Under the pieces are notes generated by a model, which saw only the letters and a program-made list of their open reading frames with translations, ran no database searches and was not told the origin of the DNA. Below, piece after piece: positions 37,651 to 47,616 of a DNA stretch of 64,000 nucleotides (position 1 is the stretch's first letter; each line of letters starts with the position of its first letter). This DNA is from an uncultured Spirochaetales bacterium. Its GTDB lineage: Bacteria; Spirochaetota; Spirochaetia; JABMQR01. The translations under genes were made by a program, and so were the position numbers. The stretch is taken from positions 20,992-84,991 of the forward strand of contig CAZMOX010000001.1 of assembly GCA_964567895.1 (NCBI GenBank), given 5' to 3'.

Positions 37651-38610
37651 ATGAAACACACATATCACATCGTTATTGCCGGTACCGGAGTATTTGGTAC
37701 CGCATTGGCTCAGCGCCTATCATGGAACTCAAAGAACCACATAACGCTCTATTCCATTGAACCGGATGTGGTTAAGGATATCAATGAAAAAAATCAAAAT
37801 TCTAAATACTTCCCCGGCAGGCATATCAATAATGATATCAGAGCAACTCTTGATATTTCCTGCGCATATAACGCTGATGTTATTTTTCTGGCAATTCCTT
37901 CTCAGGTTATTGAACCGTATACCCATAAAATAGCACCTTACACCCGCAAAGATACCCGTATAATTAATCTTTCAAAAGGTCTCTCTGCTGACGGCAGCTT
38001 TTTAGTAGATTCAATACCTTTTCCCCATGTAGGTTCATTAAAGGGACCAACATTTGCTGTTGAAGTTATGAACGGTGTTCCTACAGCCCTTACCTACGGA
38101 GGAACAACTGATGATTTTTCTTATATAAGGAATATATTACTGGAAACTGGTATCTCTCTCGATCATACTGACGATCTTAGAGGTGTCGAGCTGGTTAGCG
38201 TGCTGAAAAATATGTATGCTATAGCCATTGGAATCGTCTCCGGCCGCTACAACTCCCCAAATGTAGATTTCCTGGTAATGACAAAAGCAGTCAATGAGAT
38301 GCGTGATCTTCTGGAATTATATGGATGCAGCAGCAATACCATTTTCAATTACTGCGGGATTGGTGATTTAGGCCTAACAGCTTTAAACGATCTCAGTAGG
38401 AACAGAACTCTGGGGCTTCTGATCGGTAAGGGTTTTTTCAATGATCCCAAAAGTTCTACGGTAATTGAAGGACTCAGAACGATCCGCCTGCTGGGTGAGT
38501 TGGTGAGGGAAAAGGGGCTTGAAGACAAATTTGTCGTACTTGAAGCCCTCTATGCTCTTATGTATTCAGGAGTGAGTTTAAATGAGTATTATCTTAAAGT
38601 TCTATCCTGA
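37651..38610 (+). CDS. gpsA: NAD(P)H-dependent glycerol-3-phosphate dehydrogenase-like protein. The start is at MKHTYH, which has a GAGG ribosome-binding site; the ORF track extends to 37594.
   Basis: Rossmann fold IVIAGTGVFGTALAQRL and GpsA-like conserved blocks (FLAIPSQV, NLSKGL, VLKNMYAIAIG). Confidence 0.65.
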   Translation: MKHTYHIVIAGTGVFGTALAQRLSWNSKNHITLYSIEPDVVKDINEKNQNSKYFPGRHINNDIRATLDISCAYNADVIFLAIPSQVIEPYTHKIAPYTRKDTRIINLSKGLSADGSFLVDSIPFPHVGSLKGPTFAVEVMNGVPTALTYGGTTDDFSYIRNILLETGISLDHTDDLRGVELVSVLKNMYAIAIGIVSGRYNSPNVDFLVMTKAVNEMRDLLELYGCSSNTIFNYCGIGDLGLTALNDLSRNRTLGLLIGKGFFNDPKSSTVIEGLRTIRLLGELVREKGLEDKFVVLEALYALMYSGVSLNEYYLKVLS

Positions 38611-38618
38611 ACGCTATA

Positions 38619-39239
38619 TTACTGCGCGGCCACTTCAACATTCAAAATCTTTTTCCCTTCAAGGTACGCTTCAAGAATATCTCCAATATGAACCGGTCCA
38701 ACACCTTCAGGAGTTCCTGTCAAGATTATATCTCCTGGATCAATTGATACAAATCGTGACAGATGGGCAACAAGTTGATCGATTGGGAATATCATGTCTC
38801 TGGTACTCCCTTTCTGGCGGGTTTCTCCGTTTATACGCAACTCAATATCAAGATTTTGTACCCCTTTCCCAAGGCTAGCTATTTCAACCCAGTCTCCAAT
38901 TGGAGCTGAATCTTCAAAAGACTTACTGATCTCCCAGGGAAATCCCAGTTTTTTCTGTCGCCGCTGCAGATCACGGGCAGTAAAATCAATACCAATGGAG
39001 ACCTTAGAATAGCACTCAGATGCCATAACTTGTGAAATATTCCGCACACGGCTATCTATCAATACAGCAAGTTCCACCTCATGATGAACTTCAGAAGAAA
39101 ATTCAGGATAAGGAAAAATACCATCAACAGACGATCCTGCATTGTCTGGTTTAAAAAAGAACATCGGTTCTGATGGTTTGGCTCCACCCATCTCATTCGC
39201 ATGCGCCAGATAGTTTTTTCCAATACAGATAAATTTCAT
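38619..39239 (-). CDS. fumarylacetoacetate hydrolase (FAH)-family protein. The start is chosen at MKFICIG; the ORF continues upstream through a poly-G tract to 39266.
   Basis: FAH-family blocks KFICIGKNY.AHA.E, HHEVELAVLI and GTPEGVGPV. Confidence 0.7.
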   Translation of the reverse strand: MKFICIGKNYLAHANEMGGAKPSEPMFFFKPDNAGSSVDGIFPYPEFSSEVHHEVELAVLIDSRVRNISQVMASECYSKVSIGIDFTARDLQRRQKKLGFPWEISKSFEDSAPIGDWVEIASLGKGVQNLDIELRINGETRQKGSTRDMIFPIDQLVAHLSRFVSIDPGDIILTGTPEGVGPVHIGDILEAYLEGKKILNVEVAAQ

Positions 39240-39463
39240 TACCCCCCCCCGACCTTTTCTCATCAATTAATTGAAATTATATGAGTTTCTTTCAAAATTA
39301 TATTACTCTACCTTAAATCTTGCTGGCAAGACAAGAGCGATCCATTACGCATCTTAAGATTGATGTTCCTCCGAAATGTAAGTTTTTGAAATGTTTTTCA
39401 CCCTTATTCCCGGTTAATTCAATGTATTCAGTTAACTCTTTATATGTAGGATTCTTTAAATTA

Positions 39464-39509
39464 ACACTACATTTAGATTGACGAAATCCACATACACAAT
39501 ATATAGTGT
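39464..39509. promoter_or_regulatory. NrdR-box-like site. A perfect palindromic box acacaatatatagtgt (39494-39509) is matched by a degenerate partner acactacatttagatt (39464-39479) about 30 bp upstream. Both lie upstream of nrdD.
   Basis: Match to the NrdR box consensus acaCwAtATaTwGtgt. The tandem arrangement at about three helical turns is typical. Confidence 0.45.
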
Positions 39510-39661
39510 TATTGGGTGTTGTGTAGGGACAGGGTTTTTCAGCAAAACATGTTTGAGAATAGCAGTTGATCACTTATGAACAACTGTAATAAAGTATTAA
39601 TTTTTTACATTTCCCACCCACAATTAAAAAAAGTACATTTGCATATAAAAAGGAGCAATTC

Positions 39662-42364
39662 ATGATGGATCAATCTCTGCAGTTTGACGGATTCAGGAAA
39701 AGAAGCGGGGACATCGTCCCATTCAGCCGGGAAAAAATTGAGTCAGCAATCCTGAATGCCGGTGAGGCTGTGCGGAGAAATGGCGGAGAATCTTCTATCT
39801 CCTCATCAGAAGCAAACCGATTGACTGAGATCATCCTGGATCAGTTGAACACCCCATCATCAGAATATTATGTGCGTGTACAAGCCGATAATACCAGAAT
39901 ACCGCACATTGAGGATGTACAGGACCTGGTTGAGATAGCACTCTCCGAAGAGGGGCACGCCTCTGTTGTTTCCACATATAAACGTTATAGAAAACAGCGG
40001 GAAGTTGCCCGTAAACAGATCCGTGTCCGCAGCAATCTGGAGAAAACTGAAGTTGATGTTACAGATGCCAGTCTTCTTCTGGTTGAATCTATTTCTGGAA
40101 ATATCACAAAACCCTGGGACAGAACCGAAATTGTCCGACAGATTGTTGAAGAGACAGATCTATCAGTTGAAGCCTCTATAAGTGTAGCAAAAGAGGTTGA
40201 AAATATGGTTCTTCGGGGATCATTCAGACTATTGAACACTGCCTTAATCCGGGAACTGGTCAATAATGTATTGATTGACCGTGGATACACTACTCAGCTT
40301 CAGGATCTCTCAATCTATCGTATACCCAAGAAATTCGTAGAGCAGTTGATGTTTACAAAAGGGACAGAGAACAGTAATATCGTCAACAACAATCCTGAAG
40401 CAGTAAATCTTGGACTTTCTGAACTGGTATTAAAACAGTGGGGGCTTGAAACTATTTTCTCACCTGAAGTTAAACGTGCGCATGACACAGGAGCAATTCA
40501 TCTTCATGATCTCGGATATCCGCACCGTGTCTACTGCTCTTCACACTCGATAGAATATATTAAAAAATATGGCCTTACCGGCCTTAGTAATCTTAATACC
40601 GAATCAAAACCTGCACGTACTGCAAGCGTTCTGACAGGTCATCTTAATACTTTCCTTGCAAGCATGCAGGCCAATTACGCGGGGGCTCTGGGAATAGCAT
40701 ATATCAATATTCTTTATGCCCCCTACCTGGAGGATATGGAATTTCCGCAAATAAAACAGATTGCTCAGGAATTAATCTTCAATGGTGCACAGAATGCCTT
40801 TTCCCGGGGCGGGCAAACCCTATTCCTTGATTTCAATATTCATACTGGTGTTCCAGGATATATGAAAGATGTACCGGCTATTGGCCCACGCGGTAAATAT
40901 ATGATCCTCGTAGATGAAGAAAAACTTCCTCTTGAAGAGGTTCTGCGAAAAGAGCTGGATCATGCTGGTAACAAGCTTATGGATCTTTTCTATACCGATG
41001 CAGAAGGAAACAGACACCTGGTCTTGAGTGAACTTGCAGATGCTGACAAAGGCCTTATCTATGATAAAACAGTCGAGGCTGTGGTTAAAGAGAACAACTG
41101 GAAAATAGTTACCTATGGAGATTATACAAAAGAGGCCAGAGATTTTGCCGGTGCACTGCTTACCGTCTGGGGTGAGGGTGATAAGAATGGTCGAATTTTT
41201 GAGTTTCCAAAATGCGATTTCCATGTAAGTGATGAAACATTCAATGATCCTGCACAATACGCAATATATATGAAGGCATGTGAATTGGCAAGCAGAAACG
41301 GTTCAACCTATTTCATCTTTGATCGCGATGAAGTAACCTTATCCGCCTGCTGTCGGCTCAGGACTACCATCCAGGATAACCGTATGCTCAAGCATCCTGA
41401 ATCCATGCGTTTCTGCGGGTTTCAAAATGTAACAGTGAACATTCCCCAGGCGGCCTACCGTGCAGCCAGGAAAGGGCAAAAGAGTCTGGATGGCCTGTTT
41501 AGCGAACTTGATGCCACCATGAATCTGGCTGTTGAGGCACATCTTCAGAAAAAAGCCAGAATTCAGGTGATGATGAGTGAACCGGGAAGACCCCTCTACC
41601 AACTAGGAAAAGAGGCCTGCGACGGACGCCCCTATGTCGAACTGGAAAAAGCAACGTATATTCTTGGTTTGATTGGTGTTAACGATGCGGTTAATTATCT
41701 CTTTGGAATGGAACTGCATGAGAATGATGAAGCCATGAATATTGGTCTCAAGATTGTTGCCCATATGTTTCTCAAAGCTAAGAAACTGGCAGCAAAACAC
41801 AATCTGAAATTCAGCCTTGAAGAATCTCCTGCAGAGAGTGCCTCAAGAAGATTGGCTAAAACCGACCTTATCTATTACGGAAATGAGGCTGGTTCTATAG
41901 TAAAGGGTGAAGATGAGGATTCAGTCTATTATACCAATTCTATCCATATGACTGCAGATGCTCCAATTTCACTGGTTGAACGTATCCGTCTACAGAGTAA
42001 GTTTCACAGCATGATAGAATCCGGAGCAATCACCCATGCTTTTGTGGGAGAAGAACAGCCGTCAGCTGAATCAATTGCCGAATTAATGAAAGAGATATTG
42101 TTTCGGACTCAAAGTGCTCAGGTGACCATTTCCCCGGAATTTACTTTCTGTATGGATTGTAATCACAATTTCCGTGGATTGGTAGAAACCTGTGAACGGT
42201 GTGGATCAACAAATGTATTTGGAGAGACACGCGTAGTAGGTTATTTCAGCCGCATCCAGAACTGGAATAAGTCTAAACGATATGGAGAGCTGGTAGCCCG
42301 ACAACGCGGCAACTATGCTGTTGAAACAGCTGAACAGAGTGAAGAGATTATCCAATTTGCATAA
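39662..42364 (+). CDS. nrdD: anaerobic ribonucleoside-triphosphate reductase (class III) with N-terminal ATP-cone
   Basis: C-terminal glycyl-radical region TRVVGYFSRIQNW, and zinc-ribbon cysteines CMDCNHNF...CERCGS. Length 900 aa. Confidence 0.85.
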   Translation: MMDQSLQFDGFRKRSGDIVPFSREKIESAILNAGEAVRRNGGESSISSSEANRLTEIILDQLNTPSSEYYVRVQADNTRIPHIEDVQDLVEIALSEEGHASVVSTYKRYRKQREVARKQIRVRSNLEKTEVDVTDASLLLVESISGNITKPWDRTEIVRQIVEETDLSVEASISVAKEVENMVLRGSFRLLNTALIRELVNNVLIDRGYTTQLQDLSIYRIPKKFVEQLMFTKGTENSNIVNNNPEAVNLGLSELVLKQWGLETIFSPEVKRAHDTGAIHLHDLGYPHRVYCSSHSIEYIKKYGLTGLSNLNTESKPARTASVLTGHLNTFLASMQANYAGALGIAYINILYAPYLEDMEFPQIKQIAQELIFNGAQNAFSRGGQTLFLDFNIHTGVPGYMKDVPAIGPRGKYMILVDEEKLPLEEVLRKELDHAGNKLMDLFYTDAEGNRHLVLSELADADKGLIYDKTVEAVVKENNWKIVTYGDYTKEARDFAGALLTVWGEGDKNGRIFEFPKCDFHVSDETFNDPAQYAIYMKACELASRNGSTYFIFDRDEVTLSACCRLRTTIQDNRMLKHPESMRFCGFQNVTVNIPQAAYRAARKGQKSLDGLFSELDATMNLAVEAHLQKKARIQVMMSEPGRPLYQLGKEACDGRPYVELEKATYILGLIGVNDAVNYLFGMELHENDEAMNIGLKIVAHMFLKAKKLAAKHNLKFSLEESPAESASRRLAKTDLIYYGNEAGSIVKGEDEDSVYYTNSIHMTADAPISLVERIRLQSKFHSMIESGAITHAFVGEEQPSAESIAELMKEILFRTQSAQVTISPEFTFCMDCNHNFRGLVETCERCGSTNVFGETRVVGYFSRIQNWNKSKRYGELVARQRGNYAVETAEQSEEIIQFA

Positions 42365-42388
42365 TTTATCACAGGAAGGAGCATTAGC

Positions 42389-42794
42389 TTTGGATTTAAG
42401 ACCTTATCAAATTGTCATTTTCGGTAAAGCAGGCTGCGAAAAATGCAAAATGCTTAATAAGCGAGTCGATAAGATTCTCGAAAATTCTGAATGGCAGGAT
42501 TTTAAAAAAGTATATCTTGATATCATGACAGAGGATGGGTTGATTGAGTTTTGCAATGCTGAGTGTATCAATCCACAGAGGATTCCGGCCTTCACTGTCA
42601 AGAAATTTGACCCCGAACGGGAAAGATATGAGTTTATTATGAATAAAAACCCTGGTTCGCATGATGTGGTATACGGTAGTACAAAACTATACACCTATCT
42701 TGGCATACAGACTGACTATAGTTCGACAGGGACAATTACCCCAAAGATGATTCAGCACATTCTGCTGGAGGCAAAAAAAAAGACTGATACCTGA
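42389..42794 (+). CDS. thioredoxin/glutaredoxin-like protein (CxxC) between nrdD and nrdG. A TTG start with an AGGAAGGAG ribosome-binding site is proposed; the ORF track extends upstream into nrdD.
   Basis: The pattern IVIFGKAGCEKCKML has a beta strand followed by CxxC, typical of the Trx fold. Confidence 0.45.
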
Positions 42795-42795
42795 T

Positions 42796-43527
42796 ATGAA
42801 CCAATCCATTTTTCAGCAGATCCCGGAACAGACGCCGCTCTTCGGCTTTCTGCAAAAACCCTCTCTGGTCGATTTTCCCGGCAAGATCTCTGCAGTATTC
42901 TTTACATCCGGCTGCAATTTCACCTGTGGGTATTGCCACAATGCGCCGCTGCTTGGCATAAAAAAACAGGGACTTAAAAAGGACGATTTTGTAAAAGCCG
43001 TGCGAAAATTCCGGGAAACCGATTGGATCTCCGGAGTTACCATCACCGGTGGCGAACCAACCCTCTGTCCTGATATTCCAATTATCATCTCCTGGCTGAA
43101 ATCTCTGGGGCTTGCCGTTAAACTCGATACAAATGGATCCAATCCTGCGATGCTTAAGGAATTACTTCCTTTGGTAGATTATATTGCCATGGACATAAAA
43201 TGCTCACTGCCTGCCTACCCGAATTTTGTTAGATACAATAAAATTAATAATATATCCACCTCTATTGAACTAATAAAGTCGCATGCATTAGATTATGAGT
43301 TTCGTACCACCATTATTGAGACTATTCACACTAATGAAGAGATGCATAAAATAGGAGCATTGATTAATGGAGCCAACCGTTACACACTTCAGCCGTTCCT
43401 CCCCCGGGAAGATCTGCCAGGTAAAGAGTATCGAACAATGAAACGCACCTCCCCCGATTTGCTGGCAAGATATCGTTATTTGATGGCTCCGTATGCACGA
43501 AAAGTTGTTTGGAAAGGAAATTTGTAA
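42796..43527 (+). CDS. nrdG: anaerobic ribonucleoside-triphosphate reductase activating protein (radical SAM)
   Basis: The CxxxCxxC motif CNFTCGYCHN lies near the N-terminus. Length is 243 aa, and the gene is directly downstream of nrdD. Confidence 0.8.
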   Translation: MNQSIFQQIPEQTPLFGFLQKPSLVDFPGKISAVFFTSGCNFTCGYCHNAPLLGIKKQGLKKDDFVKAVRKFRETDWISGVTITGGEPTLCPDIPIIISWLKSLGLAVKLDTNGSNPAMLKELLPLVDYIAMDIKCSLPAYPNFVRYNKINNISTSIELIKSHALDYEFRTTIIETIHTNEEMHKIGALINGANRYTLQPFLPREDLPGKEYRTMKRTSPDLLARYRYLMAPYARKVVWKGNL

Positions 43528-44000
43528 TGGAGAAACTTATCTCTGAAACAAAAATAGAATTTATCCAACCGCCCTATAAAACTCCATCGAAGGAATACAC
43601 GCAATTGCAACAGATTCTGGCTATCAGAAAAGAGGTTTTTGTCTTTGGACAGAATGTAGATCCAGCAATAGATCAGGATGGGAAGGATAGTGGTCTGGAG
43701 CACTTTCTTATTGTACGCGGAGACGAACCAGCTGGATGCCTCAGATTCCGGCCTCTTGACAATACCACTGTCAAGCTGGAACGAATCGCCATTGTATCAA
43801 AATTCAGGGGGTTGGGTCTGGGCAAAAGACTCGTTCAGGCGGCTGTTAAAGAAGCGGGTAAACGAAACTACCAAAAGCTTGTCATGTATGCCCAATTCTA
43901 TCTTCTTGATTATTATGAGGATCTTGGATTTATTGCTGTCGGAGAACCATTTTATGAGGCAAATATCAAACATATCAAAATGATTCATTGCAGAAATTAA
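43509..44000 (+). CDS. GNAT-family N-acetyltransferase
   Basis: CoA-binding motif RFRGLGLGKRLVQAAVKEAGKRNYQKLVMYAQ. Confidence 0.65.
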   Translation: MERKFVMEKLISETKIEFIQPPYKTPSKEYTQLQQILAIRKEVFVFGQNVDPAIDQDGKDSGLEHFLIVRGDEPAGCLRFRPLDNTTVKLERIAIVSKFRGLGLGKRLVQAAVKEAGKRNYQKLVMYAQFYLLDYYEDLGFIAVGEPFYEANIKHIKMIHCRN

Positions 44001-44004
44001 AGGT

Positions 44005-44592
44005 TTATCCGTCTAGATTCATTTTTATCAGGTTCATTCGGCGCATATAAAAGCCCATTGATATCATCATTATACCGTTGTTATACTCGCCCTGCCCCAT
44101 TGAAGCCAACACTTCTTTCACAGGAACCGGAACAACATCTATAAGCTCATTTTTATCAAGTTCCTGCTCCCGGATCAGTTCCAGCCCATCAGCGAAAAAA
44201 GTTGATACGGTATTATTCATAAAAGCAGGATTAGGTGAAACTTCTCCAATCAATTCAAGGGAACCTGCTCTATATCCAGTCTCTTCAAGGAGCTCTCTCC
44301 CAGCACAATATTCAGCAGCCTCCCCCTTCTCTACCATACCTGCAGGAAACTCGAGGGTTATCTCATTACTTCCGTGCCGGTACTGACGAACCATAAGAAA
44401 ACAGGATCCCAGTTTTTTATCAGTAATATGGGGGATGATTGTAACCCAGTCTGGTGCATCCACTTCATAAAAGGTTCCAGAGAGTCCGTTTACCGTCTCC
44501 CGTTGAACCTGATATATATTGAAAATCCGAAAATCATTCAGCCATTTTCTACTGATAGTTTTCCAGACCAAATGGTCATCATTTTTTTTCAT
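44005..44592 (-). CDS. NUDIX hydrolase (ADP-ribose pyrophosphatase-like)
   Basis: Nudix box GMVEKGEAAEYCAGRELLEETGY. Confidence 0.8.
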   Translation of the reverse strand: MKKNDDHLVWKTISRKWLNDFRIFNIYQVQRETVNGLSGTFYEVDAPDWVTIIPHITDKKLGSCFLMVRQYRHGSNEITLEFPAGMVEKGEAAEYCAGRELLEETGYRAGSLELIGEVSPNPAFMNNTVSTFFADGLELIREQELDKNELIDVVPVPVKEVLASMGQGEYNNGIMMISMGFYMRRMNLIKMNLDG

Positions 44593-45451
44593 CCAGTGCT
44601 CCTCGCACCGCTTCCAGCACCTTATCAGTAATATTCATTATTGCCCGGGCGCTTTCACTATCCGGAAACTCTTTCATAAAAAGTCTTCCGGCATCTTCAG
44701 CCTGCATGAGTTCTTTCTCCAGAGGTATACTGCCTAAAAAGGGAACCTGCATCTCTTTAGCGGCTTTCTCTCCGCCGCCTTTACCAAAGATATCAATAGA
44801 ATCACCGCAATGAGGACATTTAAAGCCGCTCATATTTTCAACAACTCCTAACACATGAGCATCTGTTTTTTTGGCAAAATTAATACTCTTTCTTGAATCC
44901 AGAATAGCCACTTCCTGTGGAGTAGTAACTATTACACAACCCGCAAGATCTGGTACAGACTGTACAACAGTAAGTGGTTCATCTCCTGTGCCCGGTGGGG
45001 AATCAATGATCAGAAAATCGAGATTACCCCAGTTTACATCTGCCAGAAACTGTTTTATTACAGTAATTTTTATTGGTCCGCGCCAAATAACCGGTTCATC
45101 ATCATCGTTGCCGGAGAGCGCCAGACTTACAGCTTTTATAGGAGCTCCTCCTTCTAAGGGAGAGCCAACTTCAAATGGTTCAATGGTATTTTCAGCACTG
45201 GAAAAGAGTCTTTCACCCTGAACTCCAAGCATTTTCGCAATATTGGGTCCATGAAGATCGGTATCTACAACCCCAACACTATAGCCTTTCATGGCAATAG
45301 CCAAAGCCAGATTTATTGCAACTGTTGTCTTCCCAACTCCCCCTTTCCCGCTCATGACTAGTATTTTATGAGTGATAGCACCCATTCTCTCCTGTAAACG
45401 TTTATCTTGCGCTTCACGTGCTACTTTCTGTGCTTCCTGTGGTCCCTGCAT
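44579..45451 (-). CDS. Mrp/NBP35/ApbC-family P-loop ATPase (Fe-S cluster carrier)
   Basis: Deviant Walker A SGKGGVGKTTVAINLALA, plus CxxC (CPHCGDS) in the C-terminal half. Confidence 0.8.
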   Translation of the reverse strand: MQGPQEAQKVAREAQDKRLQERMGAITHKILVMSGKGGVGKTTVAINLALAIAMKGYSVGVVDTDLHGPNIAKMLGVQGERLFSSAENTIEPFEVGSPLEGGAPIKAVSLALSGNDDDEPVIWRGPIKITVIKQFLADVNWGNLDFLIIDSPPGTGDEPLTVVQSVPDLAGCVIVTTPQEVAILDSRKSINFAKKTDAHVLGVVENMSGFKCPHCGDSIDIFGKGGGEKAAKEMQVPFLGSIPLEKELMQAEDAGRLFMKEFPDSESARAIMNITDKVLEAVRGALDEKK

Positions 45452-45603
45452 ACTGTTACTCCTTATCTATAAGAACTTTTTATTAACATAAGTTCAAAAC
45501 TCACTGGCAACAACATAACAGAATAGGAGATTTTCAGCAATAATGTTAACTTGATTCTCATTACCAATCATAATTTAATGAGGCATATAAAAATTCTACC
45601 GGG

Positions 45604-46680
45604 TTATAATCGGATTCCCACCTGAAACCCAAGCTTTTCGGGTAAAATAATGGGATTCAATGAAATTTTATAATCTTTTTCTACTATTTCGGGTTCCATA
45701 TTTCTTGTAAGCCAAATCGCCGCTGCCTGACCGGCAATTGTTGTACCTAAAACAATACTTGCCTGCGTTCTGGGGTCTACTGATGTTATATCATCCAGGA
45801 TCATAGTAGTAAAAAAGCCAATTAAACCGCCTCCAAGCCCGCCTACCGTTACCAATCCCGTACGTAAAGGACTCCACTTAAGATCTTCCCATAGTTTCAA
45901 GCTCCCATATACTGCCAGATCGGTAGTTATCAAACCCCCAATACTTGTTGCCCTGGTATCATCAAACTCAAGAACTGCCTGCGTAAACAGCAGGTAGTAG
46001 TAATTTGCCCAAAAATAGCTGTGCAGCATAAAACTTCCCTGCCCTTCCGGAGGGGCACCATCCTTAAACAGAGCATATGCTGCGGCACGGGAACCAACCA
46101 GAGTCAGAAGTTGTCCGCCAAGCTCAATTTTTCTACTAAGTGGAAAAGTCCAAATACTGGAAGGATCCACTATTCCTGTGAGGTAGAGATAATTTCCCAG
46201 AGATATAAGCTGGGTACTTTCAATCCACCAATCCTGACCACTGCTAATGGAATGATCCTTTGACATAAGCCAGGCACTGCTCAACCCGAGTCCAACACCT
46301 GCCAATCCTGTTACTCCGGCCATTACATCATCAAATTCATATCCGAAAAGAGATGGCAGCATCATAGATGTATATGTTGCTGTTGCAAGGTTCCCAAGAT
46401 AGAATGTGACAATCCCGGAGTTATCCTGGACATCCCGTAAATCCTGAATACGTTTTAGCGCAGATTCCGCGTACGGTGATTCGGGGAATTTATCAAGCAA
46501 AGCGAAAAATGAATCTTGTGCCCTGCCGGTATTATTATCGAGCAGCAGCTCAAGACCATCAATATAGAGTGAAGTATCAGTAGTTTCCAGGGCTGATAAT
46601 GATAAAGTCGGGATAATCATTAAGCTAATTGCCAGAATGAAAATTGCTTTTTTATTCATAGTATCCCCTTGAAGTTCCAA
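45604..46680 (-). CDS. hypothetical secreted or membrane protein. Signal peptide, then a TPR-like N-terminal segment and a Gly-rich hydrophobic C-terminal domain.
   Basis: MNKKAIFILAISLMIIPTLSLSA gives a signal peptide. No recognisable family. Confidence 0.45.
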   Translation of the reverse strand: MELQGDTMNKKAIFILAISLMIIPTLSLSALETTDTSLYIDGLELLLDNNTGRAQDSFFALLDKFPESPYAESALKRIQDLRDVQDNSGIVTFYLGNLATATYTSMMLPSLFGYEFDDVMAGVTGLAGVGLGLSSAWLMSKDHSISSGQDWWIESTQLISLGNYLYLTGIVDPSSIWTFPLSRKIELGGQLLTLVGSRAAAYALFKDGAPPEGQGSFMLHSYFWANYYYLLFTQAVLEFDDTRATSIGGLITTDLAVYGSLKLWEDLKWSPLRTGLVTVGGLGGGLIGFFTTMILDDITSVDPRTQASIVLGTTIAGQAAAIWLTRNMEPEIVEKDYKISLNPIILPEKLGFQVGIRL

Positions 46681-46887
46681 ATGATAACAAAAAGTATACA
46701 GTAAGGCTCACTAATAGATCAAGACGGACGCTTCTATGATTGCTATTGAAATACAGGCAGAGAACATTGACTGCTGTCCGGGATGGGGATATACTTTCTT
46801 TACAACCGTGGTAATACCACCAGCCATATACATTTTTAGCTTTTTGATTCAGGTTTTTCTGAATGGCCAAATCATGGAGGTTTAATA

Positions 46888-47616
46888 TTGAGATTTAAAC
46901 TGAATCCTGTTACTGTCCCAACTCCTAAAAATATATTCGTAAAACAAATTGAAGAACTTATTCTCTCGGGAGAAGTAGACCCTGGAGAAAAAATACCGTC
47001 GGAACGTATCCTTGCAGGTAAAATGGGAATATCCAGACCGGTTGTACACGAAGGATTGATCGAGCTTGCCAGCAAAGGGCTGGTTACCATGAAACCACGA
47101 CACGGCTGCTATATAAATGATTATAGGAAATCCGGCTCTTTTGAGTTGCTAAACGCTCTCTATCACTACAATTCCGGCGAATTGACAGAAGAAATCCGGG
47201 ATGGATTGGAAGAACTCAGGACTCTCATTGGTATTGATGCAATCCGGAAAATTACCCAAAAGCCGGAAATAAATAAAATTGCGGATGAACTTACGTCCAT
47301 TATGAAAGAGGGAGAAATTCTGAAACCCGGTCAGCCTGCTGCGAAAGCAGAAAATGACTATCGGTTTCATTATACAGTCCTGTATCATAGCGGAAATATG
47401 ATTTATCCCCTGATACTCAACTCAGCCAGAGGAGTTTATCTGAACCTTCTTGAGCATTTTTTCCGTACTCCGGATATTGATATATCGGTAAATAAAATCA
47501 AGAAACAATTAATAGATTCCATGACTGCGGGAAATACTGATACTACTAGTGGGCTAATGAAAAAACTCACATCATATAGAACCTATTTTCAGGAATCATA
47601 TAATGCATCCACGTAA
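46888..47616 (+). CDS. GntR-family transcriptional regulator (FadR/FCD-type C-terminal domain)
   Basis: HTH SERILAGKMGISRPVVHEGLIELASKGLV followed by a helical C-terminal domain. Length 242 aa. Confidence 0.75.
   Translation: MRFKLNPVTVPTPKNIFVKQIEELILSGEVDPGEKIPSERILAGKMGISRPVVHEGLIELASKGLVTMKPRHGCYINDYRKSGSFELLNALYHYNSGELTEEIRDGLEELRTLIGIDAIRKITQKPEINKIADELTSIMKEGEILKPGQPAAKAENDYRFHYTVLYHSGNMIYPLILNSARGVYLNLLEHFFRTPDIDISVNKIKKQLIDSMTAGNTDTTSGLMKKLTSYRTYFQESYNAST

Noticed and set aside
39313-39573. 86-aa minus-strand ORF in the nrdD upstream region
   Set aside because: It overlaps the promoter and NrdR-box region of nrdD. It is Cys-rich with low-complexity codon usage and has no ribosome-binding site, so it is more likely non-coding leader DNA.
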